The notes: generated from the letters alone by a model not told the origin. 64,000 nt of DNA from an uncultured Verrucomicrobiae bacterium (GCA_963837955.1 CAWIPH010000002.1:192001-256000), one strand, 5' to 3'; positions 20,599 to 32,764 are shown, counted from the first letter of the stretch. Program-made: numbers and translations.

Positions 20599-21341
20599 AA
20601 ACGGCGATTTTCAAAATCTGGCGAGGTGACGCGAACGGCGGAAACTTCGTCGATTACAGCACGGAGGTTTCCGAGGGCATGGTTGTGCTCGACGCTGTTC
20701 ATGCGATTCAAGCCACCCAGGCCAATGATCTCGCCTGCCGATGGAATTGCAAAGCCGGCAAATGCGGTTCCTGTTCGGCGGAAATCAACGGCATGCCGAA
20801 GCTCATGTGCATGACGCGACTTGACCAATTGCCGCTCGACAAACCCGTGACTATCGAGCCGATGAGGGCGTTTCCAACCATCCGTGATTTAGTGACGGAT
20901 GTTTCATGGAATTTTCGGGTGAAGAACAAAATCAAGAAGTTCAAGCCGCGCCCACCCGATGCGCCGGACGGCACTTGGCGCATGGCGCAGGCGGACATTG
21001 ACCGCGTCCAGGAATTTCGCAAGTGCATTGAATGTTTTCTGTGCCAGGACGTTTGTCATGTGTTGCGCGACCATCATAAGTACGAGGAATTCATCGGCCC
21101 GCGCTTTTTAGTTTTCGTGGCTGCGTTGGAAATGCACCCGCTGGACACGGAAAACCGAGTGGCGGAACTGAAGAAAGCCGACGGTATCGGCTACTGTAAC
21201 ATTACGAAGTGCTGTACCAAAGTCTGTCCGGAAAACATCACCATCACTGATAACGCGATTATTCCGTTGAAGGAGCGCGTGGTTGACGAGTTTTACGATC
21301 CGTTAGGGAGGTTGCTGAAACTGTTTCGACCCAAAACCTGA
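20595..21341 (+). CDS. sdhB: Succinate dehydrogenase/fumarate reductase iron-sulfur subunit
   Basis: CKAGKCGSC, CIECFLCQDVC and CNITKCCTKVCP; ATGA overlap with sdhA. Confidence 0.95.
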   Translation: MKTAIFKIWRGDANGGNFVDYSTEVSEGMVVLDAVHAIQATQANDLACRWNCKAGKCGSCSAEINGMPKLMCMTRLDQLPLDKPVTIEPMRAFPTIRDLVTDVSWNFRVKNKIKKFKPRPPDAPDGTWRMAQADIDRVQEFRKCIECFLCQDVCHVLRDHHKYEEFIGPRFLVFVAALEMHPLDTENRVAELKKADGIGYCNITKCCTKVCPENITITDNAIIPLKERVVDEFYDPLGRLLKLFRPKT

Positions 21342-21353
21342 AACGAGAGAGTC

Positions 21354-21851
21354 ATGTTTGAGCTGAAACGACTTTCTGAAGAAGCTATCCCGGCAGCACT
21401 GGAAAAAGCTTTACGCTACCGTCTGCTAAACGAGCCGGCGGAGGCCGAAAGTATTTGTCACGATGTGCTGCGCATTGATCCGGAAAATCAGCAAGCGCTG
21501 GTGATTCTGTTGTTGGCGCTGACCGATCGCTTCGGTAAGGGCTACGCCGTCGGTATCACCCAGGCACAGGAAGTTCTGTCCCGTCTTCGCGATCCGTATG
21601 AGCGGACCTATTACGCGGGCATCATCTGCGAGCGGCGGGCCAAGGCGCAACTTCGTCAGGGCTATCCCGGCTCCGGCCACGACGCCTACGAATTCCTGCG
21701 TGAAGCGATGAGCTGGTACGAAAAAGCGGAAACGCTTCGCCCGCCCAAAAACGACGATGCACTGCTTCATTGGAATACGTGCGCCCGTATCATCATGGCC
21801 AATCAGCTCACGCAGCGGCCGCACGAGAAGGTCGAGTTGCCGTTGGAATAA
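21354..21851 (+). CDS. Hypothetical TPR-like helical protein in the sdh operon
   Basis: Begins 12 bp after sdhB; helical repeats (AESICHDVLRIDPENQQAL). Confidence 0.75.
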   Translation: MFELKRLSEEAIPAALEKALRYRLLNEPAEAESICHDVLRIDPENQQALVILLLALTDRFGKGYAVGITQAQEVLSRLRDPYERTYYAGIICERRAKAQLRQGYPGSGHDAYEFLREAMSWYEKAETLRPPKNDDALLHWNTCARIIMANQLTQRPHEKVELPLE

Positions 21852-22212
21852 CGGGATTAACTACTCGAGGATTTCCCAGCTCGACAATGGATATCTCCGG
21901 GCGGTTGTCGCCGGAAATGATGTTCTCGTCCGAATGCGCAGATCGAGGTGACCACGGTTTCACGTCGTCTTGTGAAAACCAGACCAAACAAAATTTCTAG
22001 AAGTTGAAACATTTCCACAAAGTGTCTGGTAAAACTCTCTCGGAACCTTTTGTGAGATGATACGCCATCAGGGGAGCTGGATTTTAATTGTCAGCTGACG
22101 CACCTGTTTATGGAAATTGCGTCCGGTCCTAGACACTTCAACTCCCCAGAAACGAATGAGATAGTCATCTAAGAATCTAAAACGCAGCCTTGCAGTTCAA
22201 ATCTGCAACATT

Positions 22213-23010
22213 ATGCGTAACAGTTATCTCACGATGCTAGTGGTGGCCGCCATTAGCGTTGGGTTCGGGTTCGCCAACCGAGCCGCAGCCGGCACAAACT
22301 TATTGATAAATGGCGATTTTGAAAAAACTAACCTTCCCAGCGGCTCGACAGACGGAGCACCGTTACTCAATTCGAATGGGACCACCGCGATCACCCTGCC
22401 GGGTTGGACCATGACCGGGGGCGATGGCGTCAATTCGAATATCTATCAGTACACATCCAATTTTAATCTCGGTTTTACACCGATTCCTCAGAGTGGTACC
22501 TACGCAGTGTGGTTGGATGGATCGCAAGGTCACGGGGAACAACATTTCAACACCGGCCCGTCAATCTCTCAGAGCCTCAGCCTGACTCCCGGAAATTATA
22601 ATTTATCGTTCTACATCAACACGGAGGTCGGAAACGCGCCTGGCAATCCAAAAGGAGGCACGTCCGGTGTCCTGGTTGATCTAGCTGGGTCCGGTATTAG
22701 CAAGGGAGCCTTGAACAATGCGGAATTTACCGTGACGAATCCCTTAGGGGTTAGTCAGGCCGCAGCTAAGTGGCAGTTTGTTACCGAAGACTTCACGGTT
22801 ACGTCAAAGTCGTCTGTCACACTGAGTTTCTTTGACGACCCCAACAAGAACCTGGCTAACCAGACGCTAAGCTCGAATATCAGTTTGGATAATGTGTCGC
22901 TCACTCTGATCTCGCCTATTCCGGAGCCGAGTTCACTGGCGTTGCTGGCGATCGGTAGTATGTCGCTTTTTGGCGTTCAGATATGGCGTGGTCGTATACG
23001 CCGGTGCTAG
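22213..23010 (+). CDS. PEP-CTERM surface protein
   Basis: Signal peptide, NLLINGDFE start and C-terminal IPEPSSLALL-TM-RGRIRR. Confidence 0.9.
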   Translation: MRNSYLTMLVVAAISVGFGFANRAAAGTNLLINGDFEKTNLPSGSTDGAPLLNSNGTTAITLPGWTMTGGDGVNSNIYQYTSNFNLGFTPIPQSGTYAVWLDGSQGHGEQHFNTGPSISQSLSLTPGNYNLSFYINTEVGNAPGNPKGGTSGVLVDLAGSGISKGALNNAEFTVTNPLGVSQAAAKWQFVTEDFTVTSKSSVTLSFFDDPNKNLANQTLSSNISLDNVSLTLISPIPEPSSLALLAIGSMSLFGVQIWRGRIRRC

Positions 23011-23035
23011 CACTATCATCTTTCCGGTCCCCTAG

Positions 23036-23070
23036 AAGGCGCCTTCGAATCGTCGGAGGCGTCTTTCTTT
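23036..23070 (+). terminator. Rho-independent terminator
   Basis: AAGGCGCCTTCGA-loop-TCGGAGGCGTCTT followed by TCTTT, between convergent genes. Confidence 0.7.
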
Positions 23071-23134
23071 GATCTGTTATAGCAAACGCGCCGGAGTCTC
23101 CGGCCGCGAGTCCAGTTTAGGGCACTCAAGCCCT

Positions 23135-23617
23135 CTAAGACTTCGAACTAGCCTGTTCCGAGTCGGCCGGGAAAAGCGGCGGTCCACCCGACTCTTTGAT
23201 GGTGCAAAGTGAAATGGAAGTGACAGTGCGCTCGACACCAGGAAAGTCTCGGATCCGGCTCAGTAGAGAACGAAGAGAAGCAGCGGAATCGGTCCGGATT
23301 TTAAGAAGGTAGCTATCCTCGCCCGAGGTATCGTGGCACTCGAGAATATTCGGCTCCTGACGCACGAACTCCTCGAATTCTTTCTCGGTGGCGCCCGAGG
23401 CGTTATTAGTGACTCGGACAAATGCCAGGAGCACTTGATTCACAGCTGCTGGATTAATCGCGGTCAAATAACCTTGAATGATTCCGTCGCGTTCCAGGCG
23501 TTTAATCCGCGCGTGTACTGCCGGAGCTGTGAGACCAAGTTTTTCTCCGACTGATGCGTGAGCCACTCGGGCGTCATTCTGAATGAGTGAAAGGATTTCG
23601 AGATCGACTGCGTCCAT
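23135..23617 (-). CDS. Lrp/AsnC family transcriptional regulator
   Basis: MDAVDLEILSLIQNDAR HTH, RIKRLERDGII and ECHDTSGEDSYLLKI. Confidence 0.93.
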   Translation of the reverse strand: MDAVDLEILSLIQNDARVAHASVGEKLGLTAPAVHARIKRLERDGIIQGYLTAINPAAVNQVLLAFVRVTNNASGATEKEFEEFVRQEPNILECHDTSGEDSYLLKIRTDSAASLRSLLSRIRDFPGVERTVTSISLCTIKESGGPPLFPADSEQASSKS

Positions 23618-23810
23618 TAAGATAGAGAGAAACTTTGAACTGCTAAGGATATTAAGCAGTTCACACCAATACCACCAGATTCTATCTTACCGAGACTTGA
23701 CAGGTTATTATTTTTCAAGGGCTTTAGAGATGGACACGGAAAAAGCTTAGTCCGGAACCCGTGCTCCAAGCCTGCGCGTCAATCTAACGTTGATGTCCGG
23801 CTCTCCGCCG

Positions 23811-24075
23811 GGGAGGGCGCACGTCCCCGTGCGCTCGCGGATCGCGAGGACGCGATCCCTCCGCACCCGGGGTTTTAACCGGTTTTAACCCCGGGAATTG
23901 TCGTATTGAGGCGGCATGCCTGCAGGGCATTAGGATCAAATGTCCCAGCCGTGAATCCAATGGGACTAGCGCCCTTTTCAGGGCGCAACGTTTTGGGACG
24001 TTTCCCGGGGTTAAACCCCGGGCCGGGAGGGATCGCGTCCTCGCGATCCGCGGCGCACGAGAAGTGCGCCCTCCC
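23811..24075. repeat. Nested REP/MITE-like inverted-repeat element
   Basis: ~50-bp arms (23811-62 and 24026-75) enclose CCCGGGGTT(T)AACCCCGGG palindromes. Confidence 0.85.
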
Positions 24076-24100
24076 AGGCCGAGAACCTGAGATCGGCCCT

Positions 24101-24165
24101 TAGCCTGATTCTCCGCCTCAGGAAATTGGCACGCCTTGGATTTCCTGAGGCGGAGAATCAGGCTA
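24101..24165. repeat. 26-bp perfect inverted repeat, REP-like
   Basis: TAGCCTGATTCTCCGCCTCAGGAAAT ... ATTTCCTGAGGCGGAGAATCAGGCTA. Confidence 0.9.
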
Positions 24166-24436
24166 CTCGCCTTCGAATTATCAATTGGGCCGCGACTAAC
24201 AGTTACTCGAGATAGCGCAGCGAGCTTACGAGGGGCGTACCAAATTGATAAGTGAAGCTCCAGGCATGCCTGCAGACCGGTGTTTTTTTGGCAGGCAGAC
24301 TTGGGCTGGCTAGTTTGAGCAGTGCGACGCCGGCGACGAAAAAAGCGTGTTTTCACAGTAGACCGTTTGGTTTAGCGAACACGCGATTCTCCGGCTATTT
24401 AGCGGATCACGCAAGTAAAAAGTGTACCCATCGGTC

Positions 24437-24566
24437 AACTTTCTTGGCAAAGGAATGCCCGGTTAGACTTCCCCCTGGTGATAATTGCCTGAGTCCCCCC
24501 GACTTCGGCAATTCGATCCCCGTCTAACCGGGCCGCGCTCCTTTGATCCGTTCCTTAGAACAAGTT
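24437..24566. ncRNA. Candidate structured RNA (long hairpin with internal loop; 6S-like shape)
   Basis: Nested pairings CAAAGGA/TCCTTTG, GCCCGGTTAGAC/GTCTAACCGGGC, AATTGCC/GGCAATT and AGTC/GACT. Confidence 0.4.
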
Positions 24567-24846
24567 CTTTTAAGCAGCGAGCGTGCCAAGGTCGCTGGCG
24601 GAGCTAATCGGCTTGTTTTTGCGGGCGTAACCAAGGGGTCGCCCTCCGTGAGTCGCTCGGTACGTGCCTAAAAAAAAGCACAAGTTTCCAATTTCTCGCC
24701 AATTCATCTCCCGGGATGACAAGCCATCTGCATTTCTTTGATCATGAGCCTCGGAAAGATCGGCGGCCTGGCGCCCATCCGTATTTGAGAACAGCAGTCG
24801 GCAATTTGTTCGTTTAGATTCCAGCAATCGTCTAAAATGCGAATAA

Positions 24847-26865
<2,019 letters not shown>

Positions 26866-26959
26866 CCGATGGCTTGCTATTCTCCAGCCGATCCAACAGC
26901 AAACGTGGCTCTTTCTTGACTTCCCCGGCGTCCTCCACTAAGCCCTAGAAACTTTTCCC

Positions 26960-27703
26960 ATGTCCAATCCCAATACGGCCGCCGGGAAGCCAAAATATAG
27001 ACGCATCGTTCTCAAGCTCAGTGGTGAGGCATTAAGAGAATCAGGCAGTCACGAAACTATTTCGCCGGCTATTGTTACGAATATCGCCAAGCAAATCGAA
27101 CAGATCCGCCTGCTCGGCGTCGAAACAGCTGTTGTGATTGGCGGCGGCAACATTTGGCGTGGGCTAACCGCGAGCCATCGGGGCATGGATCGGACAACGG
27201 CAGATTACATGGGCATGCTTGCCACCATGATCAATGGGATGGCACTGCAAAGCGCCTTGGAACAACTAGGCGTCGAGACCCGGCTGCAGTCGGCAATTGA
27301 AATGGCCAATGTCGCTGAGCCATTTATTTATCGACGGGCAATTCGGCATCTTGAGCATGGCCGAGTCGTCATATTTGGAGCTGGCACCGGCAACCCCTTC
27401 TTTTCCACAGACACGACCGCGGCCTTGCGAGCCAGCGAGATTAGGGCAGAGATCATTTTGAAAGCGACCAAAGTCGATGGCATTTACGACAGCGACCCGC
27501 GACAAAACCCGAATGCGTTGCGGTACGAAACGGTCAGCTATACCGAAGCGTTGACCAAGCGGCTGAAAGTGATGGACTCGACTGCCTTCAGCCTTTGCAT
27601 GGACAATCGAGTGCCAATTGTGGTGTTCGATATGAGCGATCCGCAGAATATTACGAAGGTGGTTTGCGGCGAGAAGGTGGGTACATTGGTTACCGCGGAT
27701 TGA
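26960..27703 (+). CDS. pyrH: UMP kinase
   Basis: [17 protein letters not shown] and [11 protein letters not shown]. Confidence 0.97.
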   Translation: MSNPNTAAGKPKYRRIVLKLSGEALRESGSHETISPAIVTNIAKQIEQIRLLGVETAVVIGGGNIWRGLTASHRGMDRTTADYMGMLATMINGMALQSALEQLGVETRLQSAIEMANVAEPFIYRRAIRHLEHGRVVIFGAGTGNPFFSTDTTAALRASEIRAEIILKATKVDGIYDSDPRQNPNALRYETVSYTEALTKRLKVMDSTAFSLCMDNRVPIVVFDMSDPQNITKVVCGEKVGTLVTAD

Positions 27704-27788
27704 GACAGCGGCGCCGGCAATCGAAGCGCGACGACGCGGATAGGTAATTGGAATTTCACCTCCCTCCATTCAATAACTCCCTCTTTTT

Positions 27789-28349
27789 ATGACAGCAGAT
27801 GACATCTTATTAGAGACCGAAGAGGCCATGGAAAAAGGCGTTGATTATATGATCCATGAGTTCGCTACGGTCCGCACCGGCAAAGCTTCTCCCTCCCTGG
27901 TGGAGAACATCGACGTCGATGCGTATGGAACGTCGATGAAACTGAAGCAGCTCGCCCTGATCTCCACCCCGGAGCCGCGTCTGCTCCTGATTCAACCGTT
28001 TGACGCCTCAGTTACCCGCGATATCGAAAAAGCGATCAAAGAATCGAAGATAGGAATTAACCCGGCGGTGGACGGCAAATTGATCCGCTTGCCTATCCCT
28101 GAGCTTTCCGAAGAACGGCGGAAAGATCTGGTGAAGGCCACTCGCCACATGGCTGAGGAAGCTCGGGTCCGAGTTCGTTCCAGTCGCCGGAGCGGAATCG
28201 ATCTGGTGAAAAAACTGGAAAAAGAGGGTGGTATCACCGAAGACGAGCGACGGAATTTGGAAGAGGAGATTCAGAAACTTACCGATAAGTACGTGAAGGA
28301 CATAGATCATCATCTGGAGAACAAAGAAGTGGATATCATGAGAGTATGA
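27789..28349 (+). CDS. frr: Ribosome recycling factor
   Basis: VRTGKASPS, IPELSEERRKDLVK and IQKLTD; follows pyrH. Confidence 0.97.
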   Translation: MTADDILLETEEAMEKGVDYMIHEFATVRTGKASPSLVENIDVDAYGTSMKLKQLALISTPEPRLLLIQPFDASVTRDIEKAIKESKIGINPAVDGKLIRLPIPELSEERRKDLVKATRHMAEEARVRVRSSRRSGIDLVKKLEKEGGITEDERRNLEEEIQKLTDKYVKDIDHHLENKEVDIMRV

Positions 28350-28870
28350 GAGGCGTTTGCTTTCTCGCGTTAATCGCGATCTTCGCACCATTCGTAGCCG
28401 AGGCCCAATCAACCAAAAGCCAAAAGGTCCCAACTCCCGCACCGGCCAATGTGCCGCGACCCGCACCCGAATTTGTTTGGAGTAGCGTGAGTGGGAAAGT
28501 GCGCCGACTTCGTGATCTACGAGGTCAACCTGTCGTCTTGATATTTGCGACAAATCCGGAGCAGAAAGAATTCAAGAACCAAGTCAAACAGATTACCCGC
28601 CGATTCAAACTCCTGGCAAACCGTAACACGCTGTTTTTTGTTGCCTTCACCAAAGAGACCGGGGTGATTTCTCGATCGGACGTTCCGTTCGTCGTCTTAC
28701 CAGATCCTCTCTCCGTTGCGGATTCTTATCGGGTCGGCGATTTTGGAATTGCCTTAATCGGCACCGACGGGAATCTCGATTACGCGACGGATCGGGTTAT
28801 CACCGGGCAAAAAATTCTGGATGTAATTAACAACTCTTACGCAGCTCAAGCGCAAGAGCGGCGCGATTAG
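28346..28870 (+). CDS. Secreted thioredoxin-fold-like protein lacking CxxC
   Basis: Signal peptide, PAPEF...LRDLRGQPVVLIF and LIGTDG; overlaps the frr stop. Confidence 0.65.
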   Translation: MRGVCFLALIAIFAPFVAEAQSTKSQKVPTPAPANVPRPAPEFVWSSVSGKVRRLRDLRGQPVVLIFATNPEQKEFKNQVKQITRRFKLLANRNTLFFVAFTKETGVISRSDVPFVVLPDPLSVADSYRVGDFGIALIGTDGNLDYATDRVITGQKILDVINNSYAAQAQERRD

Positions 28871-29023
28871 TACCACTATATTTTGGGATCCACCACGCTA
28901 TGGGGCCGTAGGATTTGGCCCAGGGGTTTAACCCGGGTTTAACCCCCGGGTGCTGGCCCGGATCGCCAAATTCCCGTGACGCAGTGCACTAAATAGGGCC
29001 TATTTAGTGTACCGGTCACAAAC

Positions 29024-30001
29024 GTGAACGGCCGAGATATGGCCCGGTTCTCCCAGGTGGCACTAATCCAGAATCCGTTGAGCGGGGGCGCCAGTCCGCA
29101 GGCCCGCTTGGCGGTCCGGCAACACTTCGACGAAGCGGGTTGCCTGTGGAAAGAGCTGCTGGTTGAACCGAGCCGATCGATCTCGAATCAGACACTCGAA
29201 CTACTGCGCGCAGGAGTCGATTTGATCGCGGTCGCAGGGGGAGACGGCACTGTTCGGGAAGTAGCCTCCGCCTTAGTCGGCGCGACAGTTCCTCTGCTGA
29301 TCATTCCATTAGGTACGTTCAATAATCTTGCGCGAAGCCTTGGTTTGCCCACAGATCCAATCGCGGCCTGCCAGCTCTTTCACACGGGGATGCTTCACGA
29401 AATGGACGTGGGTATTGCCAACGGACGCCATTTCTTTTTTGAGGCTGCGGGGGTCGGCATGGATGCCAAATTATTTCGTTTGGGCGAAGCAGTGAAGCAA
29501 GGGCAGTTCACTGCAGTCTTTCAGGTCGTTCAGTTCGCTCTGGCGCACCGCCAAACCGCCGTAGACCTCCATTTTGACCGGTCGGTTGAACGAGCCTACC
29601 AACGCTCATTTCGTGGACAAAAGCCGATACACCATCGGCGGCTACGTTTTCGAAAGAATAAACGACATATTCGCCTCCGCGGCTCGTTCTTGGCGGTCGC
29701 GAATGGGCCTTACTACGGTAGCAATTTTATGATCAGCCCGAGCGCGAAACTCGACGACGGTTTATTGTCAGTCGGCGTCTTTCGGGATTTCAGTAAACGA
29801 GAGCTGCTATTTCATTTCTGGTCTATCAGCCGCGGCCGATATCAATATCATCCTAAGCTCGAAACTTTTGAATGCGCTTGGCTGGAAGTAACTGCGCAGG
29901 AGGGTCTCGAGGTTCACGTAGATGGTCGACCCGTCGGAACAACCCCGGTCCGATTTGGGATTCGACGGAAGGCGTTGACCGTGCTGAAACCCGTAGCCTG
30001 A
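29024..30001 (+). CDS. Diacylglycerol/lipid kinase family (YegS-like)
   Basis: NPLSG, AGGDGTVREV, PLGTFNNLARSL, GVGMDA, NGPYYG and HVDG. Start may be ATG 29039. Confidence 0.9.
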   Translation: MNGRDMARFSQVALIQNPLSGGASPQARLAVRQHFDEAGCLWKELLVEPSRSISNQTLELLRAGVDLIAVAGGDGTVREVASALVGATVPLLIIPLGTFNNLARSLGLPTDPIAACQLFHTGMLHEMDVGIANGRHFFFEAAGVGMDAKLFRLGEAVKQGQFTAVFQVVQFALAHRQTAVDLHFDRSVERAYQRSFRGQKPIHHRRLRFRKNKRHIRLRGSFLAVANGPYYGSNFMISPSAKLDDGLLSVGVFRDFSKRELLFHFWSISRGRYQYHPKLETFECAWLEVTAQEGLEVHVDGRPVGTTPVRFGIRRKALTVLKPVA

Positions 30002-30191
30002 TGCTCCCCGGTAGCCTGATGCCCCTCGGTAGCCTGATGCTCCAGCCTCAGGGAGGGTACTGAATGTGAAAGGTGAGAGGTGATTCGTGATCGGTGGATG
30101 CCTATCGGCAAATCCTCGGAGAAATCTCCCACTGATCACTTCTCACCTTCACTAATCACCAGCGCCCCCTGAGCCAGGAGGATCAGGCTAC
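29993..30191. repeat. REP-like element: three 18-bp-period GTAGCCTGATGC copies plus an inverted partner enclosing heptamer repeats
   Basis: GTAGCCTGATGCTCCAGCCTCAGGG ... CCCTGAGCCAGGAGGATCAGGCTAC; same family as 24101-24165. Confidence 0.85.
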
Positions 30192-30277
30192 GTCGTTACA
30201 AATGACGCATTTAAACAAGTATATTGAGGTTTTTCTACTTGATTTGGCTTCCCGGTAGACTCACAGTCTCAAACCCT

Positions 30278-31648
30278 ATGACGCTCACCGAGAAGATCCT
30301 TGCTCGTGGTTCCGGTAGGAGCCAGGTAGTCGCTGGAGAAAATATTTGGGTTAACGCCGATATTCTTCTTACGCACGACGTTTGTGGTCCAGGCAGCATC
30401 GGCGTTTTCAAACGCGAATTCGGTGCGGACGCCAAAGTGTGGGACCCAAACAAGATCGTAATTATCCCGGATCACTACATTTTTACCGCTGACCGGCTTT
30501 CCAATCGCAACGTCGACATTTTGCGGGAGTTCGCGAATGAGCAAGATCTTCCTTACTTTTACGACGTCATCGATGATCCAGCGGGTAACTGGAAGTTCGA
30601 TGCGACCCGAGGACAGCTGCGGCGCCAATATGGTTCTCGATACCAAGGCGTATGTCATGCTGCATTGCCTCGGCTCGGACATGCACGACCTGGCGAGGTC
30701 TTATTTGGGACAGATTCCCACACTTGTATGGCTGGGGCCTTCGGTGAGTTTGCCTCTGGGATCGGTAACACCGATGCCGGATTCATTTTGGGTACTGGTA
30801 AGCTCCTGATCAAAGTTCCCGAGACCATGCGCTTCTATTTAGAGGGCGAGCTTCCACCCGGTGTAATGGCAAAAGATGTCATTCTCTGGGTAATCGGAGA
30901 CATCGGCTTTGATGGCGCCACCTACCGCGCTATGCAGTGGGAAGGCCCCGGAGCGTCCTCTCTTAACATCGATGATCGTATGACCATTGCGAATATGGCG
31001 ATCGAAGCTGGGGCCAAGAACGGTATTTTTCCCGCAGACGAAAAGACGTTCGCCTTTGTGGACGAGCGGATCGAGTTAAATTCTACACGAAGGGACTATC
31101 AGCCGGTTGAATTGGATAAAGATCAGAAGTTTGTCTTCGACAAACTATATGATCTATCGAAGCTGGAACCAACCGTGGCGATGCACCCCAATCCTGGGAA
31201 CCGTGCTTTGGCCAAGGAGCTTGGTAATGTCTCGCTCGATCGGGCCTACATTGGTTCTTGCACGGGAGGCAAAACCAGCGATTTCGTCGCCTTCGCGGAA
31301 GTCGTGCGCGGTAAAAGAGTGCGAATTGAGACCTATGGTGTGCCTGCCACGTCGGATGTAGTGGCCGAGTTGAAAAACACTAAGTGGGAAAATCAGTCGG
31401 TCTGGGAGGTCTTGGTTGAGGCCGGCGTGAAGATGACAGAGAACGCCTCCTGCGCGGCTTGTCTCGGAGGTCCGTCAGATACCTTCGGTCGATTAAACAC
31501 CCCAATGACCTGCATCAGCGCAACCAATCGTAACTTTCCTGGTCGAATGGGCAGCAAGGAATCGAAGGTATACCTGGCTAGCCCATATACCGTTGCGGCC
31601 TCGGCACTAACTGGACACGTCACTGATCCGCGCGAATTTTTGAGTTAA
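30278..31648 (+). CDS. leuC: 3-isopropylmalate dehydratase large subunit (aconitase family)
   Basis: MTLTEKILA, DSHTC, IGSCTGG, CAACLGG and TNRNFPGRMG. Confidence 0.9.
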   Translation: MTLTEKILARGSGRSQVVAGENIWVNADILLTHDVCGPGSIGVFKREFGADAKVWDPNKIVIIPDHYIFTADRLSNRNVDILREFANEQDLPYFYDVIDDPAGNWKFDATRGQLRRQYGSRYQGVCHAALPRLGHARPGEVLFGTDSHTCMAGAFGEFASGIGNTDAGFILGTGKLLIKVPETMRFYLEGELPPGVMAKDVILWVIGDIGFDGATYRAMQWEGPGASSLNIDDRMTIANMAIEAGAKNGIFPADEKTFAFVDERIELNSTRRDYQPVELDKDQKFVFDKLYDLSKLEPTVAMHPNPGNRALAKELGNVSLDRAYIGSCTGGKTSDFVAFAEVVRGKRVRIETYGVPATSDVVAELKNTKWENQSVWEVLVEAGVKMTENASCAACLGGPSDTFGRLNTPMTCISATNRNFPGRMGSKESKVYLASPYTVAASALTGHVTDPREFLS

Positions 31649-31683
31649 TCCGAGCGAGCTTTTGAGTTAGATTAATCTAACTC

Positions 31684-32205
31684 ATGTCATTGGGACGCTG
31701 GCTGATTCTGTTCTTAAGCCTTATCACGATCGTGACCTCGATTTTGACTGGTTGCCAAACGCACATTGATCCGAAAACGGCGGGAGCAACGGCTGTAGCG
31801 GCGGCGACCGGCCAGGATTATCTCATGACTCTTAAAGACAATGTGCCACTCTACGTCTTCGGACCGCAACAGCTCGGTGTGCCTGACGAATTTTTGAAAA
31901 AAGATGATTTGGTGCGCGTTATTAAGAGTCAACTCGGTTTTACATTGGTCGAAACTTCTGGAGGCCAGGTTGGCTGGGTGCCGACCGAAGATCTAAGTAC
32001 CGCGCCCGCGCAAACATTGTTGGCCGCGGGACTGGCATACGAAGCCCCATCACCTTATGCAAAGAGCAATCCGAAAGGTCTGCGCTCAAGGACGCGGAAA
32101 TCCAATTATCCAGCCGAGCCAGACACGGCCATTGTGAAGCGCTATACCTTACCGGATTCCGATACAGACTCTGAACCAACACCTTCGCCTTCTGTTCACC
32201 CCTGA
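31684..32205 (+). CDS. Putative lipoprotein with SH3-like domain
   Basis: Lipobox LTGC and LKKDDLVRVI...GQVGWVP. Confidence 0.7.
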   Translation: MSLGRWLILFLSLITIVTSILTGCQTHIDPKTAGATAVAAATGQDYLMTLKDNVPLYVFGPQQLGVPDEFLKKDDLVRVIKSQLGFTLVETSGGQVGWVPTEDLSTAPAQTLLAAGLAYEAPSPYAKSNPKGLRSRTRKSNYPAEPDTAIVKRYTLPDSDTDSEPTPSPSVHP

Positions 32206-32209
32206 TTTT

Positions 32210-32752
32210 ATGGCTAACCGATTAACTTCTTCGATCTTCGTTGTCGGCGATAATATCGACACCGATCAAATCATCCCCGCGCATTTCCTGACGCTGGTAC
32301 CGACTATACCGGAAGAGTACGAAAAGCTCGGCTCGCACGCCATGGTCGGATTGCCGGACGAACTTTATCCGGCACGGTTTATACCTGAAAACGAAATGAA
32401 AACGCCGTACCTCATCGTCATAGCCGGGAAAAATTTTGGCTGTGGAAGCTCGCGAGAACATGCACCTATCGCGTTGGGTGCGGCTGGAGTCGAAGTGGTG
32501 GTCGCTGAATCGTATGCCCGAATCTTTTTCCGAAATAGTGTAGCAACTGGCGAACTGTACCCGTACGAATCGACCCAGCGTTTGATTGAGCGATGTCGAA
32601 CAGGCGACACTGCTACGGTTGATTTCGATTCTGACACGCTAGAATTGAACGGAGAAATATTCACGCTCAAGCCGATGGGAGATGTGCGTCCGGTGATTGA
32701 AGCGGGTGGCCTCTTCAACTACGCGCGAAAAACTGGCATGATACCGAGCTAA
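32210..32752 (+). CDS. leuD: 3-isopropylmalate dehydratase small subunit
   Basis: [22 protein letters not shown] and SYARIFFRN. Confidence 0.92.
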   Translation: MANRLTSSIFVVGDNIDTDQIIPAHFLTLVPTIPEEYEKLGSHAMVGLPDELYPARFIPENEMKTPYLIVIAGKNFGCGSSREHAPIALGAAGVEVVVAESYARIFFRNSVATGELYPYESTQRLIERCRTGDTATVDFDSDTLELNGEIFTLKPMGDVRPVIEAGGLFNYARKTGMIPS

Positions 32753-32764
32753 TCGCCCAAGGCA

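Noticed and set aside
23784..24356. ORFs over repeat elements (also 35071-35623 and 39480-40243)
   Set aside because: They are translations of palindromic repeats with no protein motifs.
29993..30045. Three GTAGCCTGATGC repeats as a CRISPR array
   Set aside because: The period is 18 bp with no unique spacers and no cas genes. It belongs to a REP-like family.
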